Shown here piece after piece: positions 38,600-51,999 of a stretch of DNA of 64,000 nt. Origin of the DNA: Macrostomum lignano. Lineage: Eukaryota. The notes under the pieces were generated by a model. The model saw only the letters and a list, made by a program, of their open reading frames with translations. It ran no database searches and was not told the origin of the DNA. Location of the stretch: the NCBI GenBank assembly GCA_002269645.1, contig NIVC01000208.1, positions 1 to 64,000 of the forward strand, in the 5' to 3' direction. Position 1 is the stretch's first letter; the number at the start of each line of letters is the position of its first letter. The position numbers were made by a program, and so were the translations under genes.

Positions 38600-39060
38600 T
38601 CATGCGCGCCAGATCTCTCTGTTGTATTTTCGCTTAAAGTTACCCATTCCTCTGACTTCTGAGCACATAAGCGCGCCAATACTCATAAACATACTCACAC
38701 AGAGTGTACAGCAATCCTGACTTTCTAATCGGCAGGCATGAACACTGTCTGTGCCTTGGGGAGGTCGGCCGTCATGGCTGTGAATCTTACAACAACCTAC
38801 ATGTGCAGGCCAAGTGTGTCGTGCTCAGTAGCTCCTAATTTGGGGAGGTCGGCCCTCATGGCTGTGTATCTTACAACAACCTACATGTGCAGGCCAAGTT
38901 TGTCGTGCTCAGTAGCTCCTAATTTGGGGAGTTCGGCCCTCATGGCTGTGTATCTTAAAACAACCTACATGTGCAGGCCAAGTTTGTCGTGTTCAGTAGC
39001 TCCTAATTAGCAACAGGAATCGAACTAGGGGCACAACGAATCTGCAGTGTAGCTAATGAA
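38600..39060 (-). mobile_element. Diverged tRNA-SINE (family 2) with internal 84-bp triplication (38757-39008)
   Basis: B-box-like AGTTCGATTCC at about 39025 (minus strand); body CTCACACAGAGTGTACAGC..CTGACTTTCTAATCG shared with 49430 and 59660. Confidence 0.6.
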
Positions 39061-39715
39061 GGCGTCAACTTTGTCAGAAAACAGGAATATGCAAAATATC
39101 AGAAAGCTAAGATGGACCAATGCCAGTAAAAAGAATGATAGTCCATTTCGAAGCGATGATCCCAAAAGGCTGAACGCGCTGTGCAAACTCCCAGGTTGTA
39201 CAAACAGAGCAGCTGGTGTATGTAGACTCTATGTTTGAGTTTCACAACCGGACCTGAATTTCGCTCAGATATGAAGCCCAGCCTAGGTTTGGACTGGGAT
39301 CAAATGACTCTAAACGAAATTTGCATAACTTCTCTAAATTACTGGATAATGCTCCACGAGTTTCAACTGCAGTATCCACCCAGGTTCTAGCTCGTACAAA
39401 GTAAATTTGAAGTGAGGAAATTGACACACATCCGGCTGGCAGTGAATACAAAAATTGATATTGGATTCACTTTTTTCTAGGAGTAAAATGACTTGTCTGA
39501 ATTCGAGAGAGCTCTGCGAAGTTTGCATGCCGATGGCAATTGTGCGATTTCATTTCGTAGAGTGGTGACTTTGAAATAAATAAACAAATAGCCTTAGACT
39601 TACCTGAAAATTCTAGGGGCAAAGTGGCTCTCTGTAAATATGAGCAAATTAACTACCAATATGAAATAGTCAAATTGATTAAATCATTGTTAATTTTCTC
39701 CCAAAAGCGTCACAC

Positions 39716-39888
39716 CTGAGCGGCAGTGGCCAGATAGCAGGTGCCGTCTCGCTTGAACACGGCGGTGCAGTTGGGTCGCACTGCGCACTCCACCGAGCAG
39801 GCGCGAGGGTCTAGAACTCCGGCCGCTGACCTGCGCCAAGTCGGTCGCAATCGGAGAAGACTGAGCAGCAGGCAGCTTTTATAAACAT
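39716..39888 (-). pseudogene. Family 1 copy E (B-like) with internal deletion/frameshift and 3' truncation
   Basis: ATGTTTATAAAAGCTGCC start and upstream flank match copy B; the segment between the signal peptide and DLxQV is missing; homology ends at AAQ. Confidence 0.8.
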
Positions 39889-40192
39889 TGAGTTTAGGGT
39901 CTGTTTTCAGATGAAAATAATGCTTGCTTTTAAGACTGGCTTCTTCCATTTGAGACGTGTTGTGTAGTTTTGTTGTCGTGTTATATGCATGAGTACATAC
40001 CCAGTATATGCTCAGTAAAATGCTCAGTATGTGCTCAGAAACCAAAGGTTGACTGACGACTCTCAGAATCTATCCCTTCAAAAGTGTGTGTACTTGAGTA
40101 TTTGGAAGTAGTTGAATGATCACTTTGACAATGTAGGGTCATGTGGGTGGGTGATTTACAAGAGCCGTAGCAGGAAAGTATGAATTCTATCA

Positions 40193-41410
40193 CTGCATAT
40201 CTCTTTCACCTCCCTGCATCTCTACTATCTCCCCACATATCTCTTTCACCTCCCTGCATCTCTACTATCTCCCTGCATATCTCTTTCACCTCCCTGCATC
40301 TCTACTATCTCCCTGCATATCTCTTTCACCTCCCTGCATCTCTAATATCTCCCTGCATATCTTTTTTCACCTCCCTGCATCTCTACTATCTCCCTGCATA
40401 TCTCTTTCACCTCCCTGCATCTCTACTATCTCCCTGCATATCTCTTTCACCTCCCTGCATCTCTACTATCTCCCTGCATATCTCTTTCACCTCCCTGCAT
40501 CTCTACCATCTCCCTGCATCTCTACTATCTCCCTGCATATCTTTTTCACCTCCCTGCATCTCTACTATCTCCCTGCATATCTCTTTCACCTCCCTGCATC
40601 TCTACTATCTCCCTGCATATCTCTTTCACCTCCCTGCATCTCTACTATCTCCCTGCATATCTCTTTCACCTCCCTGCATCTCTACTATCTCCCTGCATAT
40701 CTCTTTCACCTCCCTGCATCTCTACTATCTCCCTGCATATCTCTTTCACCTCCCTGCATCTCTACCATCTCCCTGCATCTCTACTATCTCCCTGCATATC
40801 TTTTTCACCTCCCTGCATCTCTACTATCTCCCTGCATATCTCTTTCACCTCCCTGCATCTCTACTATCTCCCTGCATATCTCTTTCACCTCCCTGCATCT
40901 CTACTATCTCCCCACATATCTCTTTCACCTCCCTGCATCTCTACTATCTCCCTGCATATCTCTTTCACCTCCCTGCATCTCTACTATCTCCCTGCATATC
41001 TCTTTCACCTCCCTGCATCTCTAATATCTCCCTGCATATCTTTTTTCACCTCCCTGCATCTCTACTATCTCCCTGCATATCTCTTTCACCTCCCTGCATC
41101 TCTACTATCTCCCTGCATATCTCTTTCACCTCCCTGCATCTCTACCATCTCCCTGCATCTCTACTATCTCCCTGCATATCTTTTTCACCTCCCTGCATCT
41201 CTACTATCTCCCTGCATATCTCTTTCACCTCCCTGCATCTCTACTATCTCCCTGCATATCTCTTTCACCTCCCTGCATCTCTACTATCTCCCTGCATATC
41301 TCTTTCACCTCCCTGCATCTCTACTATCTCCCTGCATATCTCTTTCACCTCCCTGCATCTCTACTATCTCCCTGCATATCTCTGTCACCTCCCTGCATCT
41401 CTACCACCCC
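40193..41410. repeat. 40-bp higher-order repeat (21+19 bp subunits with CTCCCTGCAT core), about 30 units
   Basis: Period 40 at 40560-40740; the 411-aa ORF is an artefact. Confidence 0.95.
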
Positions 41411-42317
41411 TATAGCATCTCCCAACACCTCCCTGTGTTTCTACCTCTCTGCGACCCCAATGCATCTTTCAGAAGTTTATATTGAACCCTGAGTAATTTC
41501 TTTTACACGTCGTGGTTGTTGCTGTGGGCAAACAAATCCCGGCAGTTTGCTTTGAGCATTCAGTTTGGTTGTATTGCATTAGAGTCTGTCGGTCCAAACC
41601 TTTTACCCAAGAATAAAAAAACATTCCCATCAGCGCACTGAGCTGCAAAAGTTAAGGCTTAAACACAGCTTAAGCTGTAACACTAATTTCTGAGCCAGCA
41701 AATACAGCATGGCAACCCATGGCAGGAAAAAGTACCTGCGGTTGCAGACAGACGAGTGCATTGAGTATTTATTAATTATTGAGAATTGAGAATTTTTTGA
41801 GCTTTCTGTGCTTAAAGTCTGTAGATAGGAAAGATTCAATAATCAGTTCAATAGCAGTTTAGCTTGACGTGCTTTCAGAAAAGGAATGGCAAAAGGCGCA
41901 TTGAAGAAAATTTCCTTTGGGTTGAGAATAACAAATGTTGAGTAAAGGTGACACAACGATGATCGCCTGGCTCATGGAATTTTAAAATGCGCACACACTA
42001 CTAGTGATGACAAGTTAGTAAGTAGTTAGATTTGGAGTTACTCAACTCTGAAATTCAACACTGTTCTCATTCCTAGCAGTACGAGTACGAGCGCGTATAA
42101 GGATGAATGTTTTGAATTCACAATTTCATAGCCCAAACAAAAATGATGCAGGTATTGATTACATTTAGAATAGCCAACTAATCAGAGTTGTTACACCTAT
42201 TTTTACCGACTCTGAATACGTCAAGGTTCCAAAATAAGCAGCATCAATCAGTGACAATCCAAGTAAAAATATGACTGGCCAAGCTTCAAACAGCTTCAAA
42301 AAGCGATTGCACTGCCA

Positions 42318-42814
42318 TCAGGTGTCTGATGAGTCACACGCGGCTGAGGCCGACTCCAGCAGGACCGACACGAAGCCCTGGTCGCCGGTCCAGGTGCCGC
42401 CGAACACGCAGCCGTCCCTGCAGAAGGAGCCGCCGCCGCCGATGTGACCGAAGCCCAGTCCGGCTCCGCCACCGCTGAAGCCGCCGCCGCCTCCCGCGGT
42501 GCCTCTCACTGAGCTGGTCCTGCTGCCGCCTCCGCCGCCTCCCCCGAAGCCTCCGTTGCAGACGCTGCCATTTCCGGCGCTGCCGCCGACCCAGCCGTCG
42601 GCCAGACTGCCGCCTCTCTCTCCGTCCGAGGAGCTCCGCCTTGGGCTGACGGCCCTGCCGAGCCAGCCGGCGCCGCAGCCGCCGTGGTTGCTATGGCTTG
42701 GGGTGCTAGCGGGGCTGTTAGAGCCCGGCTGACCGTTGGTGCCGCCGAATCGCGTGAAGAGGGTGTGGCCACCCAGGCTGTCGGAACCGTTTATCCCACT
42801 CTCTCCCGGTTGTC
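42318..42814 (-). pseudogene. Family 2 copy 4: orphan terminal exon (GRD C-terminal half), frame intact
   Basis: ACCATAG|GA acceptor at the same position as in the paralogs; open to the stop; exons 1-3 not found upstream. Confidence 0.65.
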
Positions 42815-44495
42815 CTATGGTGTACAACTGTTGTCTCACGACGACCCAAAACGACAAAAAGGAAAAAGAAACTAATTAGTAATATAATAAAGACGTTATA
42901 GGTTAAAATATTCGACTAAAATATGCATTTTGTTTTTATAATTAACATCGAAGAGCTTAAAAACAAGTTTAACAAAACGGAGCATATTAATAAAGTTCAT
43001 AATCTTCCCAAGTTTCCTTTTTTTGCCAAGAAGTGACAATTAAATTCCTAAAAAGATTAATAATCTGCAAAAATTTCTATTGCAAAACAATTGAAACGAT
43101 ATTTAACCTTCAAATAAATTTTCTACCTGCAGACAAAGAGGTCCTTCACTTTATAACAAATTGCAAGCGTCAAAGGGAAAGACAAGTTTTACTCATTTCA
43201 TTTTTTGACTCCTGCTAATTCTACTGAAAAGAGGGGAAATTTAGTGAAAAAAAAGCGTTGAATAAATATTCTTTTCAATAACTGCTACACATGAATTGCC
43301 CTCTTGTCTCCTCGAATTTGTTTCGCTGTGTCATTTCGCTTTTGCACAAGGACCATTGTATATACAGTGGTCCTTGGGTCAAACGTACAGAATCACTACT
43401 AGATACATGATCAAAGATTTTACTACCTCTGGCCTAAATTACTCTTAATTATAAAATAAAAACCGATAAGAAATCAACAACTCAGCTAATTTGTACATAA
43501 ATTAACTAAGACGTCAATTATTGATTGCCTTGTCCTAGGATCTGAGCCGCCATCAACGAAAAGTTTTAATGAGCCGATTGGCTCAAGCTTCTATATGTGT
43601 ATATTAGTGATTTTTGCTGACAATTATGCTGACAATTAGATGTATAACTGTAGTCTCAGGACGATCCTAGGATGCAGGAGTACAAGACAAGGAGGAATAG
43701 GGTGCTCTAAAGAAGCACAGAAACTATTAAATATAACAAGGATATTAAATAAGTAAAATGATTTGAAGATAAAATATCTTAGATAAAATATCTTAGTAAA
43801 TTAAGACCAATGCGTTTAAAACATACGCAGATAAGAGGTCTTTGACTTTATAACAAAGCGAATTTAAAAGTAAGGACGAATTTTTCGGAAAATTCTGGAT
43901 AGAAATGGGAATTCGAGTGTTAAGACATGAAATTTCGGGGAAAATAGTTGAGAGCTAAAAGAAACGCATCGATGCACATTTTCTTCAATGCAGCTGCATG
44001 AATTACCAGCTCCTGTGTGTCTGATGCACCTCAATGCTTTCTTATCCTCATGAATTCTTTTCGCTGTATCGTTCCGCCTTTGGATTTGGTGACAGGCGTG
44101 TCATCTTTCCCCAGTACTTTTTTAGAATAGGAAAGCCTATGAAATTCACTCGGGATCACACTCACGCGTCTTGTCTGTGCCCGCCTTTTGTATTTTCTTT
44201 TCCTGCACTCAAGCCCGCCCTTAGAAAGCCCCTTGTGCCGCTCACAATTCAAAGCCATCTGCAGTTGCCAGCAGCTTTTCTAACTTTCGCATACTTTATC
44301 CCGATATTATCTTCAACCTAACCACGTCAATCCCACATTTAAATTTTTGCCCAGCAGTTTATTTTTGCTGCTTGTGTTAGCAGTTCTCAGGGAAGCTAGC
44401 CAGAAGTAGCTCATAGTAAGAAAACCAAATACGAGTATTACTGAGTGCTACGATGACCACAAAGTGATAGCAATAGTTGACTTCACAGCTGACCG

Positions 44496-45172
44496 TTAGA
44501 TTCGGATTAAAATGTGAACGCACGTTTTCAGAGCCGCTGACCATTTTGTTCCAGACCCACAAGTCTTTTGCACATATTTACTACCGTCGCATTGCAGAAA
44601 GTTTGTTTCACTGGTGCAATCGGCCAAAAAGGAGTTATCGAATGTGCAAGGCTGGTTGGCTAGAGAGCAGGGAAGCTGGCTGGTAGTGGAAACTGCGATT
44701 TCATGGCTAGTTGGAGCTGTGACACTGTTGGAGGCTGCAACAGACTCAATACTGTCGGTTGTATCAGTGGCCAATCTCCTCTCATCTACAACCTAAAGAA
44801 AGCGATTGCATACGTCAATTTCTGTTGCAATGTTTGGCTAATACAATTCATAATAAGAAATATAAACACAAGACAAAAAGAAATGACAGAGAGCCAACTG
44901 ACCTCGCTGCGGCAGTCCAGGGGTCTCCACAGCGCCTCATGCTGAGCGGCAGTGGCCAGATAGCAAGTGCCGTCTCGCTTGAACACGGCGGTGCAGTTGG
45001 GTCGCACTGCGCACTCCACAGAGCAGACGCGAGGGTCTCGAACTCCGTTGACCTGCGACAGGTCGGTCACGTTTCCGGGGCAACCGGAGACGACGCGGAA
45101 ACGGACGCAGACCCCGGACGCGACGGACAGCAGGCTGAGCAGGCAGCATGCAACTTCTAGGAGTGAAAACAT
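44496..45172 (-). CDS. Family 1 copy F: secreted PAN + S/T linker + CBM14-like domain, about 188 aa
   Basis: Exon 1 45172-44903, 110-bp intron, exon 2 44792-44496; ADCTSETNFLQCDGSKYVQKTCGSGTKWSAALKTC. Confidence 0.85.
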
Positions 45173-46429
45173 GGCTATTATGGCTTGCTTTCCAAAGAAA
45201 ATATTAATAAATAGTATTTTTTTAGTACTCAGACTTGCTTTTTAGAGCTGGGACGTGTTGGTGTAGTTTCATTTCTGTGCTGCACGAATTATATACTCAT
45301 AATACGTTTCTGAGCCAATTAGCTTCTCAGCCTGTGAGATGCCAATCAGAAGATTGCATTGCCTTAAAATTATTGGAGCCAATGCCTGCCGGTGCAAAAC
45401 GGTTGCAGCTGGTCCACCTGTGTGTGTAAACTGCAACTTTAACTGCGACTTTAACCGTTGTTCCTAGCCTGTCATATTCTCCTACGTGTAGACACACCGC
45501 ACCTAACTGACAACTGCCATTTAGCAACAGGAATTGAACTAGGGGCGCAACGAATCTGCAGTGTAGCTAATGAAGACATCAACTTAGTCAAAAAACAGGA
45601 AATATGCAAAATGTCAGAAAGCTGAGATGAATCAATGCCAGTATAAAGAATAATACTCCATTTTGCAGCGATCACTAAAAGCTCAACGCGCTGTGCAAAC
45701 TCTCAGGTTTTACAAACAGAGCAGCTGCTGTATGTAGATTCTTTGTTGGAGTTTCACAACCGGATCTGAAAATCGCTCAAATAATGGAGCCTATTCTAGG
45801 TTTTGGACTGGGATCAAATGGCTCTAAACGAAATTTGCACAACTTTTTCAAATAGCGCTTCATCGGTGCAGTCAACTGCAGTATCCAGGCCAGGTTCTCC
45901 AAAGTAAATTTGAAATGAGGATATTGACAAACAACCAAAAATTTATGAATACAAAAATTTGTATTGGATTTACTTTATTCCATTGGAAGAAACATGGCTT
46001 TTATGAATTCGAGATAAGCGCTGCGAAGTTTTCATGCTTATGACAGTAGTATGATTTCATATTTCACAAAAGCGAACGTTCTGTAATAAATTTACAAACT
46101 AATAAATAGCTATAAAATAAGCTATTTTGAATCCGCAATGTTCTAAAACATGGATTTTGAACCCGCAGAATTCAAATACCCAGAACTATTTTAAATGCAT
46201 TCTTAAATCTGAAGTCATACTCAAACAAAAACTTGCTAATACTTAAGATAGAGGTAACATACGAGTAAAATAGAGTAAATTCGTGTTAAATTAAGGTTTG
46301 AGTGCAGCATTGATCTCGTCGGCTGGGGTGCCGCGCAGAATGTCGGGCAATGTCTGTCTAAAGCAGGCATCGGTAAACTCCGGTCTCTGGCCCCTGCCTC
46401 TCTCTACGTCCCTTGAGTCCTTTGAAACT

Positions 46430-46960
46430 TCTCTATCTTCTCATCTCATCTCTCCTTTCTCCTCTTATTTCTCTGCTCTCTTATCTCTTCTCATTTCTCA
46501 TCTCATCTCACCTCTCTCCTCTCTTCCCTCTTGTCTCTGCTGTCTACTCTATCTTCTCTCACTTCCCTCTTCCCACTCCTCTCTCCTCTCTTTACTCTCG
46601 TCTCTCATCTCTCCTCTCTTCCCTCTCCTCTCTCCTATCTCCTCTCATTTCTCATTTCTCCTATACTCTCTCTACTCTCTTCCCTCTTCTCTCTTCTCTC
46701 AAATCTCTCATCTCTTCTCCATTCTCTCTCTTCTCTTCTCTCTCCCCTCTCTCTCCTCTCTTCTCTCTCTCACCCCTCTCTCTCTCTCCTCTCTCCTCTC
46801 TTCTATATTCTCTTTGATCTCTACACTCTCTTCTCTCACTCCCCTCTTCTCACTCCTCTCCTCTCTTCCCTCTCGTCTCTCCTCTCTTTTCTCTCCTCTC
46901 TCCCCTTTTCTCACTTCCCTCTTCTCTTCTTTTATCTTCTCTCCTTTCTCGCCTCTCCTT
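46430..46960. repeat. CT-rich low-complexity tract; upstream flank 46190-46400 is homologous to 8520-8590 and 9270-9345
   Basis: Shared TAAATCTGAAGTCATACTCAAA and GCATTGATCT..TCTAAAGCA. Confidence 0.85.
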
Positions 46961-49290
46961 TTGTTAAACAGTGCAAGTCGAGAGCAAAGAGTTTGCGAGG
47001 CGAGACGAAAGTGCCAAGAGCACTGGCATACAACGATATTATAAGCAACGTTTATTAGCAGCCCCCCCTCCCCAACCCAAGGGCTAAAACACCTACAGTG
47101 TAGATTAAAATCACGATAGAGCAGAGACGTGCAAAGAACGTGAGCACAGACAAAGGGCGCACGCACAGGGTTAAAATCACAAACGATACACGGAATAAAA
47201 GCCCACGCCCAACCCCCCACGCAGCAGGCCCAACACCTTTCTTTACTAATCTTGTATTATTTCTCCTTTCCACTCTCATCTGGCTTGCAGCCATGAGCTG
47301 GACTCTTCATCTGGCCTTTGAGGTAAAATTCTGCCGACCCCTGCTCCGATAGCCAGTTTTTGGGACGTAGTACTCTCATGGTTGTTTCATTCCGTTAGCC
47401 GCTTGCTGACTGCTTTGGACACGTCATCTTTCTGGCCAATTTGCAGCCCGATAGGAATTTGTGTATTACCACTGGTGATCTCTGGTCATCACCAGCTCCA
47501 GTGCAGTCTGCTGCGGTCTAACAAAGTCAAGGAAATGCACATTTCTTTGAAGGTCATTTAATTTTTAAAGTACCTTTAGGTGAAACTTGGTGTCAAAATT
47601 TCGATGATGTACCTAACTTAGTCGGATTGTGTTGTAATCGCTTTTTCATAAATGTTTCGATTTTAGTTTTACAATAACCATGATGCTGCATTGCCTTGAT
47701 TTGCCATCCACTGGTGAACTGCTGCAGAGTTTGCTGCCTAGGTTAGAATTTCTCACTAAACTGTCATGGCTAAACGTAGCCTCTCCACGAAGGTGCAGAG
47801 AAGGCTATAAATAAAGTCATCCAAAACACTGTACATTTGCTATGTACATTCAGCCCTATCGCCTGACCCTTGGTGAGCGGGAGCGGGAATGTATGGGTGA
47901 GCGGCCTAACACCAGAAAAAGCAGAAAAACTTCACATTTTACTGTTTCTGTTTTGATTAAGTTACAGAGTCGAGACTTTATATTTAGACAGAGAATGAGT
48001 CAATGAAGAATTGTGTCAAGTTTGAAGTCAATCGCTTAACGTAGAGCAAACTTATGGAAGCCGAATTTTTAGTCAATTTTGAAAACCCATTTTTCCACAC
48101 CTGGCCATGCCAGATAAGGGGGAGAGAGAGGCGGAGATTAGGGTGGTTGTCTCTCTGACAAAAAGCAGACAAAGTTTAAAAGTGCACAGTGCCGTTCAAG
48201 TTTAACTCTGAGATTTTTAAATTTTACACGATTGTGTCAAAATAGTTGAAAAAGTTTTGGTTGAAATGTGAAGATTGGTAAAACTGGAGCGGCGCTATTG
48301 AGGATTTAGTAAAAAATCGCGCATTTTGAGCAGTTTTTTTCACTTTTAGGTAGAAAGACTTGGATTTAGGAAACTTTAAGGTAGCCTAAGAAATTTTCCG
48401 TAGTGTATGAAGTTAGGGTGGTGTGACAGTTTGTGTAATTTGGTTTAGCGGTTTGGAAGTCCATAGTGAACAAGATTGTGTAGAGAGTTATTAAACCATA
48501 CCGCAATGCCCTACTTAGAGTAATATTCTAAGAAATTCAATTTATTCTAGAATGAGTCATATCTATTTTTAGGAATCATGCGCAAACAGAGTGGTTTGGA
48601 ACCCCACGTGGGACCCCACGGTTTCATCAAGGAACCGGTTTCCAACAGCTGTATTTGCTTAACCACATATATGGTAATGCTCAAACATACATGACAGCTT
48701 AATCAAGTATGAGTGACCTAAGTAAATATCCGACCCCAAACCGGTTTTTCCCCAAAAGTTTGCTATAAATATAAGTGAAAATCCGAGTAAAAAAATCAGA
48801 CTCAGAGCGGTCTCTAAGAAGACTCCGAAGGAACAAAGAATAAGACCAATCTCTGAGGGACCACACTTGTCTAATTGGAAAGCGCTTACCAGCTTTAGTT
48901 CTTTCATTGTTAGCGTTAATAAGTTGATTAATTGAGTTTAGGAGAGCCGTTTATTGTCGGAACATTTGAGAAAGGCCTCCTTGTTTCCTAGGATATATTA
49001 ATAGAGGATTTATTGATTTAATTGACTTATCCGTTACGTTTCGGACGCAACGAAAAAAACGCCCTTCAGGAGGACCTGTCACAGAAACTCGATCGATTCG
49101 ATTGTTCTTTAGGGCGCACGTTCTATTGTTAATTCCGAGCTCGAGGACCGTCAAGAAGTTCTGATTCGCTCTCGTTTTTGGTCAACCCCCAGATAAAAGT
49201 CGAGGACTCCCGGAGGTAACGAGTCACCAAGCCAAACCAAGCCGTCTACAAGCCACTAAGGATCCGCTGCAGTAAGAGCTATTTGACATT

Positions 49291-49649
49291 TTTTTTAGAG
49301 GCAGGGGGGCTGTGTGCACCCTGGCGCAATTTAAGCGTCATTGGCACACAACCGGCGAGAGGCATTGCTGCCCATTCCGCCGACTCCCCTGAGCAGGCAT
49401 ACAAGCGCGCGGATACGTTACGCAGGCACACACTCACACAGGAGTGTACAGCGACCCTAACTTTTATCAATTGTTAGACATGTACACTTTACTGCGCCTT
49501 GGGGGGTTGGCTCTCAAGGCCGTTAATTGCACGAGCAGAGCCAAGCCGAGATTCCAATCCAGCCCCAAATTAATGCGACTGCACTTGGAATCGAGCCTGG
49601 GTCGCGGCACACCAGAGCAGCTGCGCTACCGCTGGGCTACGGCCCCCCC
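49291..49649 (-). mobile_element. Full-length tRNA-derived SINE (family 2) with 13-bp TSD
   Basis: Minus strand starts GGGGGGCCGTAGCCCAGCGGTAGCGC (A-box), has GGCTCGATTCC (B-box) and ends in an A-run; GCTATTTGACATT at 49278-49290 and 49650-49662. Confidence 0.85.
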
Positions 49650-49809
49650 GCTATTTGACATTACTAATACCTAGGCACTTGTTCCCAGTGTCTAGAAGTG
49701 GGGGTTTTTGAGTGACTGATCACCACTCTTAAACTCTTCAATTGCACACACACACAGTTTTTATTTTTATAGTGAGAGAAGATTGATTTTCATAGAGCTT
49801 TCCGTCTAG

Positions 49810-51480
49810 AAGCCAAAAGCAGGCACTGAAAGACAGCTGAGCACACAGATTTATTCCGCTCGTCCACAAAAAACCTCCAGAAATCCTCTGGTAGGAAAAA
49901 AAGACGAGCGGCTTGCATGGGACATCCGAGTGCTTTCAGTATTTATTAGTTCGTAATTAGCCGGAATTGAAAACCTTTTGAGTTGTCTGAGTGCAAAGTC
50001 AGTAGCAGTTAAAGATTCAAGAATCAGTTAAAAAACAGTTCAGTTTGACGTGATTTCAGGAAGAAAACAGCAAAATGGTTTCTAAGCATGAAAGCGAAGC
50101 TGATCAGAAATATAACAAATTTTGAGTGAAAGTCACAACGATTCGCCTTGAAATCGCTTGGGTTTCAAGCTATGCACTTTAAAATGCGCATAATCTACTA
50201 GTGATGAGAAGTTGGTGAGTAGTTAAATTTACATGTAACTCAACTCTAAAGTCCAGCACTAGTCACTATGTTCTCATCCCAAGCAGTAGTATTGTGCGAA
50301 TATGTTTGAATTCAAAGTTCTGCGAATTAAGGTATTGAAACTGATTAATTGGTTCAACAGCATAATGTATAAATTGATTACATATAGAAGAGCGTTTTAA
50401 TCAGATTAAGGGTTGTGAATATCCTAAACAGTGACCGTCAGAGTTAAAGTATTACTGGCCAAACCCCACTTCAACAAGCGGTTGCAGCGGCATCAGGTGC
50501 CCGAGTCGCAGGCGGCCGACTCCAGAAGCACGGACACGAAGCCCTGGTCGCCGGTCCAGGTGCCGCCGAACACACAGCCGCCCCTGCAGAAGGAGCCGCC
50601 GCCGCCGCCGCTGTGGCCGTAGCCCAGTCCGGCTCCGCCACCGCTGAAGCCACCGCCAGCTCCAGGGGCACCTCTCAGTGAGCTGGTCCTGCTGCCGCCT
50701 CCGCCGCCTCCTCCGAAGCCTCCATGGCAGACGCTGCCGTTTCCGGCGCTGCCGCCGACCCAGCCATCGGCCAGACTGCCGCCTCTGTCTCCGTCCGAGG
50801 AGCTCCGTCTGGGGCTAACGGCCTTGCCGAGCCAGCCGGCGCCGCAGCCGCCGTAGTTGCTATTGCTTGGGGTGTCAGCGGGGTTGTTGTAGCCCGGCTG
50901 ACCGTTGGTGCCGCCGAATCCCGCGAAGGGGGCGTGGCTACCCAGGCTGTCGGAACCGTTTATCCCAGTCTCTCCTGGTTTTCCTGCGGTGAAATCAGCC
51001 AAACTGCTTATCCGAGTGGATTTTGCTTATCATATTTTACAATTTCTAGCAACTGCAGCTACTAAGCTCACCATTTGTAAAGCTGGAAGCACCGCCGCCT
51101 CCGCCGGCAGCCAGCAGCGGCAGCTGCTGGTCACCCGTCCGGTACACGAAGCTGCCGCCGCCTCCGCCGCCTCCTTCGTAATCCAACGACGTCGAGCCAC
51201 CCATCTGGCCCACAACGATGCTCAGCTGGGTACCGGCCGTCAGGTTGACTCTGGCGCTCACCTGGGCTCCCTGGCCTCCGGATGTGTTCGTCAGCAAGTT
51301 TCCGCCACCTCTGGCGCCGGCAGCTTTGATCAGGTAGCAGCCGGTCGTGTTGATGAGGACGCATTGGATTGAGCCGTTTCTACCTGTGCTGCTGTCTGCA
51401 ATGGGACCGCGTCAGCGAGTTACAAAACTGGAGTGAATGCAATTTCTGTCTGTGCCAAATAATGGTTACCACTCAACACT
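49810..51480. repeat. Segmental duplication of 29695-31400 (3' half and downstream flank of family 2 copies 1 and 3)
   Basis: Near-identical flank, exon 4 and intron 3. Confidence 0.9.
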
Positions 51481-51999
51481 AAGACTATGCATTGATGACT
51501 CACTCCGAAGCTGCACTGCAGGCGAAGGCCAGTCGCTGTCGTCCGCCTTCCACACCTTCGCACCGACCTGAGATCCGATGACTTGCTGCACCTGATCTGC
51601 TGAGATTGACAGCTTGGCGGTTGTTATGGTGACCATCTCGCACATGGCATTGCTCTCCACAGAGACGGCACCGCTGCAGTTCACCCTCTGGCACTTTGCT
51701 AGACAGTCGATTACATTAGTAGCCTTGGTTGTTGTCGTGACGTTGTTGTAGGCGTTCAGAACGGCTTCCAGCATGTGAAGCTGCTGCTCTGAGCACACAG
51801 AATAGGTCCGCGAACTGTCGCCTTGTACTCGAAGCACGAGAGAGCAGCAAACTGCGTTTGGGCAATGAAGTCAGTATAGAACAGAGTGCAATTAAAAGCT
51901 TTAATTTAGACGGTCTTAAATATGATTAACTAATGAGCTGCATTTTAGTCACTTACCGAATAGAAAAGCAAGTTTTAATGACAAGCATTGCTCAGCCAT
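50493..51999 (-). CDS. Family 2 copy 3: secreted PAN + ALK/LTK-type glycine-rich-domain protein, about 401 aa
   Basis: Exons 51999-51957, 51851-51504, 51395-51072, 50983-50493 (1206 nt), phase-compatible GT-AG. Confidence 0.85.

Noticed and set aside
47290-47530. Possible non-LTR retrotransposon zinc-knuckle remnant (HKFLSGCKLA, minus strand)
   Set aside because: Five-residue resemblance only, with stops and no RT nearby.
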